Of a stretch of DNA of 64,000 nucleotides, positions 39,146 to 51,867 are shown one piece after another. Below the pieces are notes generated by a model. That model made no database searches. It was not told where the DNA came from and saw nothing but the letters and a program-made list of their open reading frames with translations. The stretch is taken from the NCBI GenBank assembly GCA_964016885.1, contig OZ024740.1, positions 395,622,001 to 395,686,000 of the forward strand, given 5' to 3'. The DNA comes from Eledone cirrhosa (Eukaryota). The position numbers were made by a program, and so were the translations under genes. Position 1 is the stretch's first letter; each line of letters begins with the position of its first letter.

Positions 39146-39524
39146 TGTATATATATGAATGTATATATATATATAGTGTATATATATGAATGTATATATA
39201 TATATAGTGTATATATATGTATGTATATATATATACTGTATATATATGTATGTATATATATATACTGTATATATGTATGTATATATATATACTGTATATA
39301 TATGTATGTATATATATATACTGTATATATGTATGTATATATATATACTGTATATATATGTATGTATATATATATACTGTATATATATGTATATATATAT
39401 ACTGTATATATATGTATGTATATATATATACTGTATATATATGTATATATATATACTGTATATATATGTATGTATGTATATATACTGTATATATATGTAT
39501 GCATGTATATATATATATTTATGC

Positions 39525-39564
<40 letters not shown>

Positions 39565-39568
39565 ATGC

Positions 39569-39629
<61 letters not shown>

Positions 39630-39633
39630 CATG

Positions 39634-39665
<32 letters not shown>

Positions 39666-39676
39666 ATGTATGCATG

Positions 39677-39708
<32 letters not shown>

Positions 39709-39759
39709 ATGTATGCATGTATATATATATATATATATATAATATATATATATGTATGC

Positions 39760-39809
<50 letters not shown>

Positions 39810-39838
39810 GCATACATATATATATATTATATGTATGC

Positions 39839-39875
<37 letters not shown>

Positions 39876-39876
39876 C

Positions 39877-39933
<57 letters not shown>

Positions 39934-39937
39934 CATG

Positions 39938-39969
<32 letters not shown>

Positions 39970-40072
39970 CATGTATATATATATATATATATGTATGTAT
40001 GCATGTATATATATATATATATTTATATATATATGTATGCATGTATATATATATATATATATATATGTATGC

Positions 40073-40120
<48 letters not shown>
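38817..40120. repeat. Interrupted (TA)n array (ACTG spacers, then TGCATG spacers)
   Basis: Direct inspection. Confidence 0.95.
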
Positions 40121-40122
<2 letters not shown>

Positions 40123-40365
40123 TCATCATCATCATCACCGTTTTACGTCCGTTCTTCCACGCTAGCATGGGTTAGACGGGTTGTCCTGTTGTGGGCAGTG
40201 TCTGGTCGGCTGACCATGCCTTGCTCATACAGGAACTGATCTGGCTTGATTTCTACAGCTGGATGCCCTTCCTAAAACCAACCTCATTTACAGTGAGTGC
40301 TGGGTGCTTTTTCGTGGCGCCTACACGTCCACTTTACAGTGTGGGCTGGGTGCTTTTTTTGCCGT
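40120..40365 (-). mobile_element. RTE-C 3' UTR-only fragment
   Basis: Reverse complement of about 60216-60462. Confidence 0.88.
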
Positions 40366-40418
40366 GGATATATATATATATATACTGTATATATATACTG
40401 TATATATATATGTATATA

Positions 40419-40830
40419 CGGGAGAGATGACCCCTTAGCCTTTGTCAAGGCAGAATTCTAGGAGAAGGAAAACTCTGATATAACACCTGCAACCCTGATG
40501 GTATCCAATGATGTTGACTTGTTCTTCTTTTTGGTAAATATCATCTTGGTTAAGAGAGTGGGACTGGCTTTGTGCAGTGCCTTTGCTCACTATAAAAGCT
40601 TCACGGCACAGGCATTGCTTTATATCTGGAGATCTCTCTGCACTTGTCGTCACCTGGTACCATGGGCCCAGCACTATGTGTCAATAATTGTCACAAGTGT
40701 AGTGTTTGTACCAGAGTTTTCAAGTCGCTGGCTGGACTAAAAAGTCACACTCGTTGAGCGCATCGGTAGGAGTTCTCCTACACGGATATAAAGTAGTGGC
40801 CGTACTCGAAAACGAGTTGGCAGCCACCAT
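40419..40830 (+). mobile_element. Bipartite non-autonomous BovB-type RTE derivative
   Basis: 5' motif CTAGGAGAAGGAAAACTCTG (40458-40477) joined to a C-terminal zinc-finger remnant CSVCTRVFKSLAGLKSHTR* (40698-40757). Confidence 0.65.
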
Positions 40831-40904
40831 ATATGTATATACTGTATATATATAAATGTATATATGTATATACTGTATATGTATATATGTATATATGTAT
40901 ATAC

Positions 40905-43865
40905 TGACAACATTGTGACGGCTACGACGAAATCCATGGAGGCTATGGGTTTGGTACTAGAAATGAGGAAGGCTCCAGAATCCTGGAATTCTGTGACGCA
41001 AATAACCTAACTATCTGTAACACTAACTTCAAAAAACGAGACAATCACTTGATCACCTATGGATCAGGGGAACACGCCAGTCAGATAGATTATATCCTTA
41101 CCAGAAGACGTGATAGAGTGTCTGTTGTAAACACTAAATCCCTCCCCCATGAAGAATGCACCTCCCAACATAGACTCATAGTCAGCGACCTCATAGTCAG
41201 GACAAGACGTACTCGACAACAGAGACAGACTACCCTCAGGAGAAAAATATGGAAGCTAAAGGACCCCACAGCCAGTAATAAATTTAAAAGCATATTACTT
41301 GATGCTTTCGACAGTAAGGAAGAGCAATTAGAGTCGTACAACTTAGAGGAACAGTGGGAATTCCTGAAAGCTAACCTGCTGAAGGCGACAGATGAAATAT
41401 GTGGCTGGAGCAGGCCTATAGGCAGGAGGAGAGTAACGTGGTGGTGGAACAGTAAGGTGGAGGAGTCAATTAAGGCCAAAAAGCAGGCTTGGAAAGTATG
41501 GGGGGATGGGGGAAGTAGAGAAGACTATCAAGTGGCCAGGAGGGAAGCTAGGAGACAAGTGTACTTCGCAAGAAAGGAAGCAGAGGAAAGAAAGTTCAAG
41601 CATGTTCTACAATGTGAGGTGTTCAGGATTGCTAGGCAATGTGTCAAGGAAAACCGTGATATTGTCGGGGAGAAGAGTGTCCTTAATGATGATGGTGTAC
41701 TTGCCATTACTGATGCTGATAAGAAGGTAGCTTGGAAGTGTCACTATGAAAGGCTACTAAATGAGGAGAACAAATGGGAGAAAGACAGTCTCCCCCACAT
41801 CGATCCAATAGAGAGACCAGCAGTGCTAGTTGAAGGTAGTATAATAAGTAAGGCAATCAAAGATATGAAGACGGGTAAGGCGGCTGGGCCTTCGGAAATA
41901 GTTGCTGAAATGCTGAAAGCATCTGGAGCAGTGGGACACACTAAGGTCACCCGGATAGTAAACCAAGTCATACAGAATGGGGTCGTTCCGAAGGACTGGC
42001 ACAGCAGCATCATCATTAACTGCTACAAGGGTAAAGGAGATGCCCTAGATAGGGGTAACTATAGAGGCATTAAATTAATCGACCAGGTCATGAAGGTCAC
42101 AGAAAAAGTAATAGCGCAACTAATCAGAGAGCGAATTGATCTAGATGAAAGGCAGTTCGGGTTTGTGTCAGGTAAAAGTACCACAGGCGCTCTTTTCATT
42201 GTACGACAACTACAGGAGAAGTACCTAGCTAAAAGTAAACCCCTATACTTAGCTTTTGTTGACTTGGAGAAAGCCTTTGACAGAGTCCCCCACTCCATTA
42301 TCTGGTGGGCTCTTAGAAAACTAGGTGTTGATGAATGGCTTGTGAGAGCTATACAAGCCATGTATAAAGAAACAGTCAGCAAGGTTAGAATTAACAACGA
42401 ATATAGTGAAGAGTTTAGCGTAAAAGTTGGTGTTCATCAGGGCTCCGTTCTTAACCCCCTACTATTTATTATTGCCCTTCAGGCTACAACAGAGGAGTTC
42501 AAGACCGGCTGCCCATGGGAACTCCTATATGCAGATGATCTAATGCTCATAGCTGAATCAATGGCTGAACTAGAGAAGAAATTCGAAACATGGCCTAGAA
42601 TCAAAAGGCCTTAAAGTTAACTTGTCTAAGACTAAAGTTCTAGTTTGTAGGAAGGAAAATAGGGCACCGGTCCCATCTGGGAAATGGCCATGCTCAGTGT
42701 GTAGGAAAGGAGTAGGCAGAAATTCCATTTTATGTCAGAAATGCAAAGTATGGGTGCATAAAAGATGTAGTGGGATCACAGGTAAGCTAACTAAGAATAT
42801 AGATTTTATATGTGGCCGGTGCTCTGGTGCAATAAGTAGCAGCAAGTGCCCACAGAATACTAGCTCATTCAATTGCACAGATGGTACTATAGAAATAGTG
42901 GACACCTTCCGTTATCTGGGTGACAAAATCAGCAGTGGGGGAGGGTGCTCTGAAGATACAGTAGCTAGAGTCAGAACGGGATGGAAAAAGGTCAGAGAGC
43001 TTATACCACTATTGGCCACTAAAGGGTTCTCTCTATAAATGAAAGGCAGGCTGTAGGATGCCTGCATACGAACAGCAATGTTACATGGCAGTGAGACCTG
43101 GGCATTGTGTGCAGAGGATATCCGCAGACTGGAGAGGAACGAAACTTGCATGCTCCGCTGGATGTGTAATAGTAATATACGTGAACGGAAAATAATAAAC
43201 GAACTAAGGGAGAAATTCGGAATAAGAGGGATCAGCTGTTGTTTACTCGAGAGAAGAGTACGTTGGTATGGTCACGTGATGCGCATGAAAGACGACAGCT
43301 GTATAAAAAAGTGCAGGGCAATAAAGATAGACGGTAGCCACGGAGTAGGCAGACTACAGAAAAACCTGGGACGAGCTGATAAATTCCGACCTCACACACT
43401 TACACCTCTCCAAGACAATGTCACTGGACCTAGATCTTTGGCGCTACAGAGTTATACAGAAGACCCGCCTTGCTTAAGTACAAAGCGAAACCTACAGTCA
43501 GTAGGCACCTCTAACAAAAATACACCCCTGTCCCACTACACCCACCTCATCCACACCACCCCCTTCAATGTGAAGTTATGTTGGTACTACAGCATCCAGT
43601 CCGAAACAAAAGAGGTCGTGTAGGTGCCACAACAAAATAACACACAGTCCACGCTGTAACGTGGCCGTGTAGATAACACAGTAAAAACCTCCCAGTCCAC
43701 ACTGTAAACGTGGTTGGTGTTAGGAAGGGCATCCAGCCGTAGAAAACCCGCCAGACAGTCCTATACGAGCAAGACAACCAATCTTGCCTCAAGTGGGAAA
43801 ATTCCCGTCGAAACCCATGCTAGCGTGGAAGATGGACGTTAAACGATGATGATGATGATGATGAT
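40905..43865 (+). mobile_element. RTE-B LINE, 5'-truncated and disrupted
   Basis: ORF pieces 41049..42614, 42622..43038 and 43078..43623 are colinear with 14..2689. Long 3' UTR and (GAT)n tail. Confidence 0.95.
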
Positions 43866-43903
43866 ATATATATATTGTATATATATATATATATATATTG
43901 TAT

Positions 43904-45725
43904 ATCATCATCATCATCATCAACGTTTAACGTCCGTGTTCCACGCTTGCATGGGTTTGGACGGGGGTAGTCCCACTTGAGGCAAGAGTGATTGTCTTGC
44001 TCGCATAGGACTGTCAGGCAGGTTTTCTACAGTTGGATGCCCTTCCTAATACCAACCACATTTACAGTGTGGGTCTGGGAGGTTTTTACCGTGTTGCCTA
44101 CACGGCCACATTACAGCGTGGACTGTGTGTTTTTTGTCGTGCCACCTACACGATCTCATTTGTTTCGGCCTGGATGGTGTGGCACCAACATAACTTTACA
44201 TAGAACAGGGTGGTGTTGATGGGGTGGGGGTGGCGGTGGTGGGACGGGGTGTATTTTGTTAGAGATGCCTACTGGCTGTAGTAGGTTTTACTATGTATTT
44301 AGGTAAGGCGGGTCTTCTCTGTTACTGAGTACCGCCTAAGGTCTCGGTCCAGTGACATTGTCTTGGAGAGGTGTCAGTGTGTGAGTTTATCAGCTCGTCC
44401 CAGGTTTTTCTAGGTCTGCCTATTCCGTGGCTACCGTCTATCTTTATTGCCCTGCACTTTGTTATACAGCTATCGACTTTCATGCGCATCACGTGTCCAT
44501 ACCAACGTAGCCTTCTCTCGAGTAAACAACATCTGATCCCTCTTATTTCTAATTTTTTCCTTAGTTCGTTTATGCTTTGCCGTTCACGTATATTACTGTT
44601 ACACATCCAGCGGAGCATGCAAGCTTCGTTCCTCTCTAGTCTGCGTATATCCTCTGCACACAATGCCCAGGTCTCACTGCCATGCAACATTGCTGTTCGT
44701 ATGCAGGCATCGTACAACCTGCCTTTCATTTTTAGGGACAACCCTTTAGCAGCTAATAGTGGTATAAGCTCTCTGAACTTTTTCCAACCAGTTCTGACTC
44801 TAGCTACTGTACTTTCAGAGCACCCTCTCCCACTGCTGATTTTATCGCCCAGGTAACGGAAGCTGTCCACTATTTCTATAGAACCCTCTGCACAATTGAA
44901 AGAGCTAGTATTTGTGGGCACTTGCTGCTATTTATTGCACCAGAGCACCGGCCACATGTAAAACCTATGTTCTTGGTTAGCTTACCTGTGATCCCACTAC
45001 ATCTTTTATGCACCCATACTTTGCATTTAGGACATAAAATGGAGTTTCTACCTATGCCTTTCCTACACACTGAGCATGACCATTTCCCAGAAGGGACCGC
45101 CGCCTTATTTTCTTTCCTACAAACTAGAACTTTAGTCTTAGCCAGGTTAATTTTAAGTCCTTTTGATTCTCGGCCGTGCTTCCATGTTTGGAATTTCTTC
45201 TCTAGCTCGGCCATTGATTCAGCTATGAGTGTCAGGTCATCTGCGTATAGGAGTTCCCATGGGCAGCCGGTCTTGAACTCCTCTGTTATAGCCTGAAGGG
45301 CAATAATAAATAGTAGGGGCCTGAGAACAGAGCCCTGATGGACGCCAACTTTTACGCTAAACTCTTCACTATATTCGTTGTTAATTCTAACCTTGCTGAC
45401 TGTTTCTTTATACATGGCTTGTATAGCTCTCACAAGCCATTCGTCAACACCTAGTTTTCTAAGAGCCCACCAGATAATGGAGCGGGGGACTCTGTCGAAG
45501 GCTTTCTCCAAGTCGACAAAAGCTAAGTAGAGGGGTTTACCTTTAGCTAGGTACTTCTCCTGTAGTTGTCGTACAATGAAAAGAGCGTCTGTGGTACTTT
45601 TGCCTGACACAAACCCGAACTGCATTTCATCTAGGTCAATTCTCTCTCTGATTAGTTGCGCTATTACTTTTTCCGTGACCTTCATGACCTGGTCGATTAA
45701 TTTAATGCCTCTATAGTTACTCCTA
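43904..45725 (-). mobile_element. RTE-B LINE, 5'-truncated, tail-to-tail with the previous copy
   Basis: ORF pieces 44876..45685 and 44322..44921. (CAT)n at 43905. Confidence 0.95.
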
Positions 45726-45732
45726 TATTGTT

Positions 45733-45767
<35 letters not shown>

Positions 45768-45796
45768 TGTATATATATATATATATATAAATTGTT

Positions 45797-45860
<64 letters not shown>

Positions 45861-46188
45861 TGTATATATATATATATATATTGTATATATGTATATATAT
45901 ATTGTATATATATATATATATATTGTATATATATATATATATTGTGTATATTTATATATATATATTGTGTATATATATATATATATATTGTGTATATATA
46001 TATATATATATTGTATATATATATATATATATTGTATATATATATATAGTATATATATATTTATATTGTATATATATATATATATTGTATATATATATAT
46101 ATTGTATATAGTATATATATATATAGTATATATATATAGTATATATATATATATATATAAATATATTGTATATATATATATATTGTAT

Positions 46189-46219
<31 letters not shown>
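45726..46219. repeat. Interrupted (TA)n array
   Basis: Direct inspection. Confidence 0.95.
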
Positions 46220-46359
46220 TACCACATTACCACATTACTCTAAGGTCGCTGTCCTGTCCCCTGTTGACATACTGCTGACTCTCTTTTGATGTATGTATGT
46301 GTATATACATATGTGTATATGTGTGTATATGTATATCTCAGTGGATGCGACCAGATTTC

Positions 46360-46665
46360 AACACAGCAACAACTACAACAACAACAGCAGCAACACCAAC
46401 AACAACAACAGCAACAACACCATCGTCTGTGTTGAATGTGTGTGTGTGTATGTATTTGTATATATGCGACAGCAATAACAGCATCAACACCATTGTCTGC
46501 AGCAACAGCAGCAGTGAAATGAAGGACAACAACAACAGCAACAACGACAACAACTACAATAACAACTACAGCACCAACAACTGCCACCACCATCACTGAC
46601 CATCCACCACCACCACGCTGATACCATCCACCACTTCCACACTGACACCATCCACCACCGCCATT
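46360..46665. repeat. (CAA/CAG/CAC)n low-complexity region
   Basis: Direct inspection. Confidence 0.85.
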
Positions 46666-46934
46666 ACCAGCGTAAAGCGAACAATTATTATTGTTATTGT
46701 TATTATATACAAGCCGAACTGGACTGGGAAAGGTCAACAGTTGACATGATAGTGATTTTGACGATTTTGATTTTGTATCAGTACTGTCGGTAATATATGT
46801 ATATATATATGTGTTAGTGAGTGGTGTGTGTGATTGTATGCATGAATGAGTGTTGGTATGTGTGGTTGTGGTTTGTATGCATGAGTATTGGTGTGTGAGT
46901 CGTGTCAATAAGTTTTTTTTTTTTTTTTTTTTTT

Positions 46935-49900
46935 AATGACCATGCTGTAAAATGGAGGGGTAGAGAGGGCCCGTGAGTCTAGTAAGACATCCTCTCTAGT
47001 GCTGGTGGCACAAATAAAAGCACCCAGTCCATGCTGTAAAGTGTCGCTGGTGTTAGGAAGGGCATCCAACCAGTGTATCGATGCCAAAAAGCTTATCAGC
47101 ACAGCAACAAATAGGAACAACAACAAAATATGAAGACGTCGCATCTCAGAGTTGCAACACTTAATGTTGGCACTCTCAGAGGTAGATCTGCTGAAATAGC
47201 GGAGATGCTGGAGAGAAGGCAGGTGGATGTGTGCTGCGTGCAAGAGGTGAGATGGAGAGGTGCCTCTGCGAGACTAGTCGTAGGCAAGCGTCTTAGCTAT
47301 AAGCTATTCTGGGTAGGTAAGGATGATGGGTTAGGGGGAGTAGGCATTTTCCTGGCTGAGAAATGGATCAATAAGACAATAGAGGTAGTTCGAGTTAGTA
47401 ATCGAATAATTAAGCTTAGATTAGTTGTAGGTAGGAGACTACTGACTATCATCTCGGTCTATGCTCCCCAAGCAGGCCTAGGCAAAGATGAGAAAGACTG
47501 CTTTTATGAGCAACTTTTGCAAACAACCACAATGACAGAGGACGGAGACATCGTTATGCTAGCAGGAGACTTCAATGGTCATGTTGGACAGCTCCAGGAT
47601 GGTTACACTGGGGTACATGGTGGGCACGGTTACGGTTCAAGAAATGAAGAAGGAGTGAGACTTCTTGAATTTTGTGATGCAAGTACATTGACTATTTGCA
47701 ACACAAACTTCCAGAAACCTGCCAATCACCTAATAACCTACAAATCTGGTGAGCACATAAGCCAGATTGACTTCCTGCTAGTTAGGCAGCGGGACAGGCA
47801 GATAGTGTCTAATACCAAGGCATACCCTGGGGAAGAATGTACCCCACAGCATAGGTTAGTTGTTAGTGATATCTCAGTAAGCAAGAGATGGAATGAGACA
47901 TATAGGAAGGTGTGGAGAAGAAAGGTCTGGAAGCTAAAAGACCTTTCACTAAAATTCAAATTTAGGAAAGCCCTTCAAGATGTATATGACGAAAAAGAAG
48001 ACGATTTAGAGACGTATGACATAGATAATAACTGGAAGTTCTTACGTGACAACTTGCTGCAGGCTACTGATGAAACCTGTGGCTGGAGCAGAACTCCAAC
48101 CAGACAGAGAGTGACCTGGTGGTGGAACAGCACAGTAGATAAGGCTATTAGAGACAAAAGACTAGCATGGAAGGCTTGGAAAAAGGGTGGGAGTAGGGAA
48201 GAATATACAGCCACTAAGAGAGAAGCTAGACGTCAGGTGTACTTAGCATGCAGGGAGGCAGAGAGTAGGAGGTTTGCCAATGTTCTGCGACGGGAAGATC
48301 AGAGGCGTGCGGTGTTCCACATTGCAAGGCAGTGTGTCAATGCAAATCAGGATGTTGTTGGAGATAAATGTGTCCGTGATGATGCCGGTGTACTTAGTGT
48401 CACGAATGACCAGAAAAAGGAGGCCTGGAAATGTCATTATGAAAGACTGATGAATGTGGAGAACGAATGGGAGAGAGAGAAATTACCCTTGGTAGATCCG
48501 ACAGAGGGACCAGCTATTGAGATTGACGAATATAGGGTCCAAGAGGCGATTAGGGAAATGAAAAATGGTAAGGCGGCCGGACCATCGGAAATAGTTGCTG
48601 AGATGCTGAAGGCATCAGGGGACGTAGGCACTAAACTGGTTGCACGCATCATCAATCAGGCTATATATGGTGGTGTCATACCCAAAGACTGGTGCAGCAG
48701 TATTCTCATAAATTGCTAAAAAGGTAAAGGGGATGCTTTGGAGAGGAGCAATTATAGGGGTATAAAACTGATAGATCAGGTTATGAAAGTAGCAGAAAGG
48801 ATTTTAGCACAACTAATTAGAGAAAGGGTCAAACTAGATGAGATGCAGTTTGGTTTTGTGCCTGGGAAGAGTACAACAGATGCCCTCTTCTTGGTGAGAC
48901 AAATGCAAGAGAGGTTCTTAGAGAAGAATAAGCCACTATACTTAGCCTTTGTTGACCTAGAGAAGGCCTTTGATAGGGTACCCCGATCTGTCATCTGGTG
49001 GTCCCTAAGGAAACTAGGTGTTGAGGAATGGCTTGTGAGGACAGTGCAAACTTTGTACAGAGGTACTCTCAGTAAAGTCAGGGTAGGAATGGAGTTTAGT
49101 GAGGAATTCCAGATACAAGTAGGAGTACATCAGGGTTCGGTCCTCAGCCCGCTCTTGTTCATTATAGTCCTCCAAGCCATAACAGAGGAGTTTAAGACTG
49201 GCTGTCCATGGGAACTTCTCTATGCTGACGATCTGGCTCTTATAGCAGAATCAGTAGAGGAGCTAGAGAATAAATTCCGGCTATGGAAACAGCAGTTGGA
49301 AGCAAGAGGACTGAGAGTAAATCTAGCTAAGACAAAAGTGTTGATGAGTAGAAAAGAGGACAAAACCCTGATTCCGTCAGGGAAATGGCCATGTTCGATA
49401 TGCAGAAAAGGAACTGGCATAAATTCTATAAAATGCACACAATGCAGGTTCTGGGTACACAAGAGATGTAGCGGGATAGCAGGCAAACTAACAGGTAGGG
49501 AGAAATATGTATGCAGTAGATGTACAGGGAAATTAGACAGTAGAAGTCGCACTGATAGACACATTTTTCAAATGCGAGAGGGCGCTATAGAAGTGGTGGA
49601 TAGCTTCCGGTACCTAGGAGATCAGATTAGCATGGGAGGAGGGTGTTCCGAGGCCATAGTATCTAGAATAAGGACGGGTTGGAAGAAGTTTAGGGAGCTG
49701 CTTCCTCTGTTGACGAAGAAGGGTTTCTACCTGCGTACGAAGGGCCGGTTGTATGATGCCTGTATGAGGAGCGTGATGCTGCATGGTAGTGAGACATGGG
49801 CAGCAACCGCAGAGGATATGCGACGGCTGGAGAGAAATGAGGCAAGCATGCTCCGTTGGATGTGCAGTGTAAATGTGCGTGAACGACCCAGCATAAATGT

Positions 49901-50221
49901 GTTGAGAGAGAAACTGTGTCTGAGAGGGATAGAATGTAGTGTACGGGAGAGGAGACTGAGGTGGTATGGACATGTGATGCGCATGGAGGATGACCGATGG
50001 GTGAAGAAGTGCCAGGAAATGCCAGTTGAAGGAAGACGTGGTAGAGGTAGACCACGAAAAACATGGGCGGAGGTGGTGAGAACAGACCTCAGATCATTGA
50101 AGCTCACGGTGGAGATGACGAGGGACCGTGACGAGTGGAGAGATGCTGTGCTGAATAAGACCCGTCCCACCCCCTTGCAAGCAGGGAAAAGCGGACGTAA
50201 AATGATGATGATGATGATGAT
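46935..50221 (+). mobile_element. RTE-A LINE, near full length
   Basis: 5' UTR with the GGAAGGGCATCC module, ATG at 47130, complete APE-RT-PHD region, short tail and (TGA)n. The 5' boundary is uncertain. Confidence 0.93.
47130..50221 (+). pseudogene. RTE-A ORF (APE + RT + PHD) with a single premature stop at 48717-48719
   Basis: ORFs 47130..48719 and 48738.. are in the same frame. NC*KGKG replaces the NCYKGKG seen in other copies. Confidence 0.9.
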
Positions 50222-50459
50222 ATTGTATATATATATATATATATATTGTATATATATATATATAAATATATTGTATATATATATATATTGTATATATATA
50301 TTTATTGTATATATATATATATTGTATATATATATATATTGTATATATATATATATATATTGTATATATATATATATATATTGTATATATATATATATAT
50401 ATTGTATATATATATATATTGTGTATATATATATATATATTGTATATATATATATATAT

Positions 50460-50490
<31 letters not shown>

Positions 50491-50505
50491 TGTATATATA
50501 TATAT

Positions 50506-50589
<84 letters not shown>

Positions 50590-50770
50590 GTATATATATA
50601 TATATATTGTATATATATATATATTGTATATATATATATATTGTATATATATATATGTATATATATTGTATATATATATATATATATATTGTGTATATAT
50701 ATATTTATTGTATATATATATTATCTATATATATATATTATATATATATATATATTATATACATATATAT

Positions 50771-50842
<72 letters not shown>

Positions 50843-50957
50843 ATTGTATATATATATTATATATATATATATATATTATATATATATATTATATATATAT
50901 ATATATTATATATATTGTATATATATATATATTATATATATTGTATATATATATATA
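50222..50957. repeat. Interrupted (TA)n array (TTG spacers)
   Basis: Direct inspection. Confidence 0.95.
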
Positions 50958-51114
50958 TAAACAACAACAGCAGCTACAACAGCAACAACAACAACAACAG
51001 CAGCTACAACAGCAACAACAACAACAGCTACAACAACAACATCAACAACAGCTACAACAACAACATCAACAACAGCAACAACAACAGTGTGAACCACTCC
51101 TTGATTCATCAACA

Positions 51115-51867
51115 ATGGCCGATCTACTAAATGAAACTATTGACCCCCCAGTAGCCTCTGTCTCACAGCATGAAACGCCACATCCTTTCTCTGGCCCAGC
51201 AGTCCAATCATCACCACTGTCAACATCTCTGCCTACTACTACTACTACTACTACAACATTTTTGTCTACTGCTATGTCAAGGAATTTACCTTCTAATACC
51301 AGAACAAGAACTCTCCCTCCCACAGTCCACAAAGGTCGTCAAATCCTACCCAAACCATCATCTACACCTCTCACAACACCCACACCCATATACCCACCCA
51401 CTCGAAACCCCATCATTTGCCGCTACTCTCTACGCTATAGAATATGTACGGATAGTGGCTGCAAATTCACCCATTTACCTAGGACAAAACGATCTATCCC
51501 CACAAACAGCCACCACCATAATACATACTCTAATTTAACACCAACACAACCACCAATAACTCAAACAAGGAATCCACAAATCTGCCGTTTTTCCCTGCGA
51601 GACAGATTGTGTTTAGACCGGGATTGTCCCTTTACCCATCTCCCGGGGACCCGTCGGATAAATGAAAATAAAAGCAAAAACAAAAACCATAACCTACATA
51701 AAAATAACCACTACCACAGTCACCAACAGTCTTCTAAACAGGAAACTTCTTCCTCTTTTTTAGCCATAATGAATCTGGCAAAAGAACTGGAAAAAAACAT
51801 TCGAGCTATCACCCAGCACCACCCTCCACTATCACCCCACTGCACAAACTCCCATTGCTGCCATTAA
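51115..51867 (+). CDS. LINE ORF1, Pro/Thr-rich with two CCCH zinc fingers (may extend upstream as poly-Q)
   Basis: ACAATGG start. CRYSLRYRICTDSGCKFTH and CRFSLRDRLCLDRDCPFTH fit C-x8-C-x4-C-x3-H. Confidence 0.75.
   Translation: MADLLNETIDPPVASVSQHETPHPFSGPAVQSSPLSTSLPTTTTTTTTFLSTAMSRNLPSNTRTRTLPPTVHKGRQILPKPSSTPLTTPTPIYPPTRNPIICRYSLRYRICTDSGCKFTHLPRTKRSIPTNSHHHNTYSNLTPTQPPITQTRNPQICRFSLRDRLCLDRDCPFTHLPGTRRINENKSKNKNHNLHKNNHYHSHQQSSKQETSSSFLAIMNLAKELEKNIRAITQHHPPLSPHCTNSHCCH

Noticed and set aside
38817-40239. Long Tyr/Ile-rich ORFs (also at 45.7, 50.2, 55-57.5 and 60.5 kb)
   Set aside because: Translations of (TA)n microsatellites; not genes.
46240-46908. 222-aa Val/Cys/Asn-run ORF
   Set aside because: Trinucleotide low-complexity sequence.
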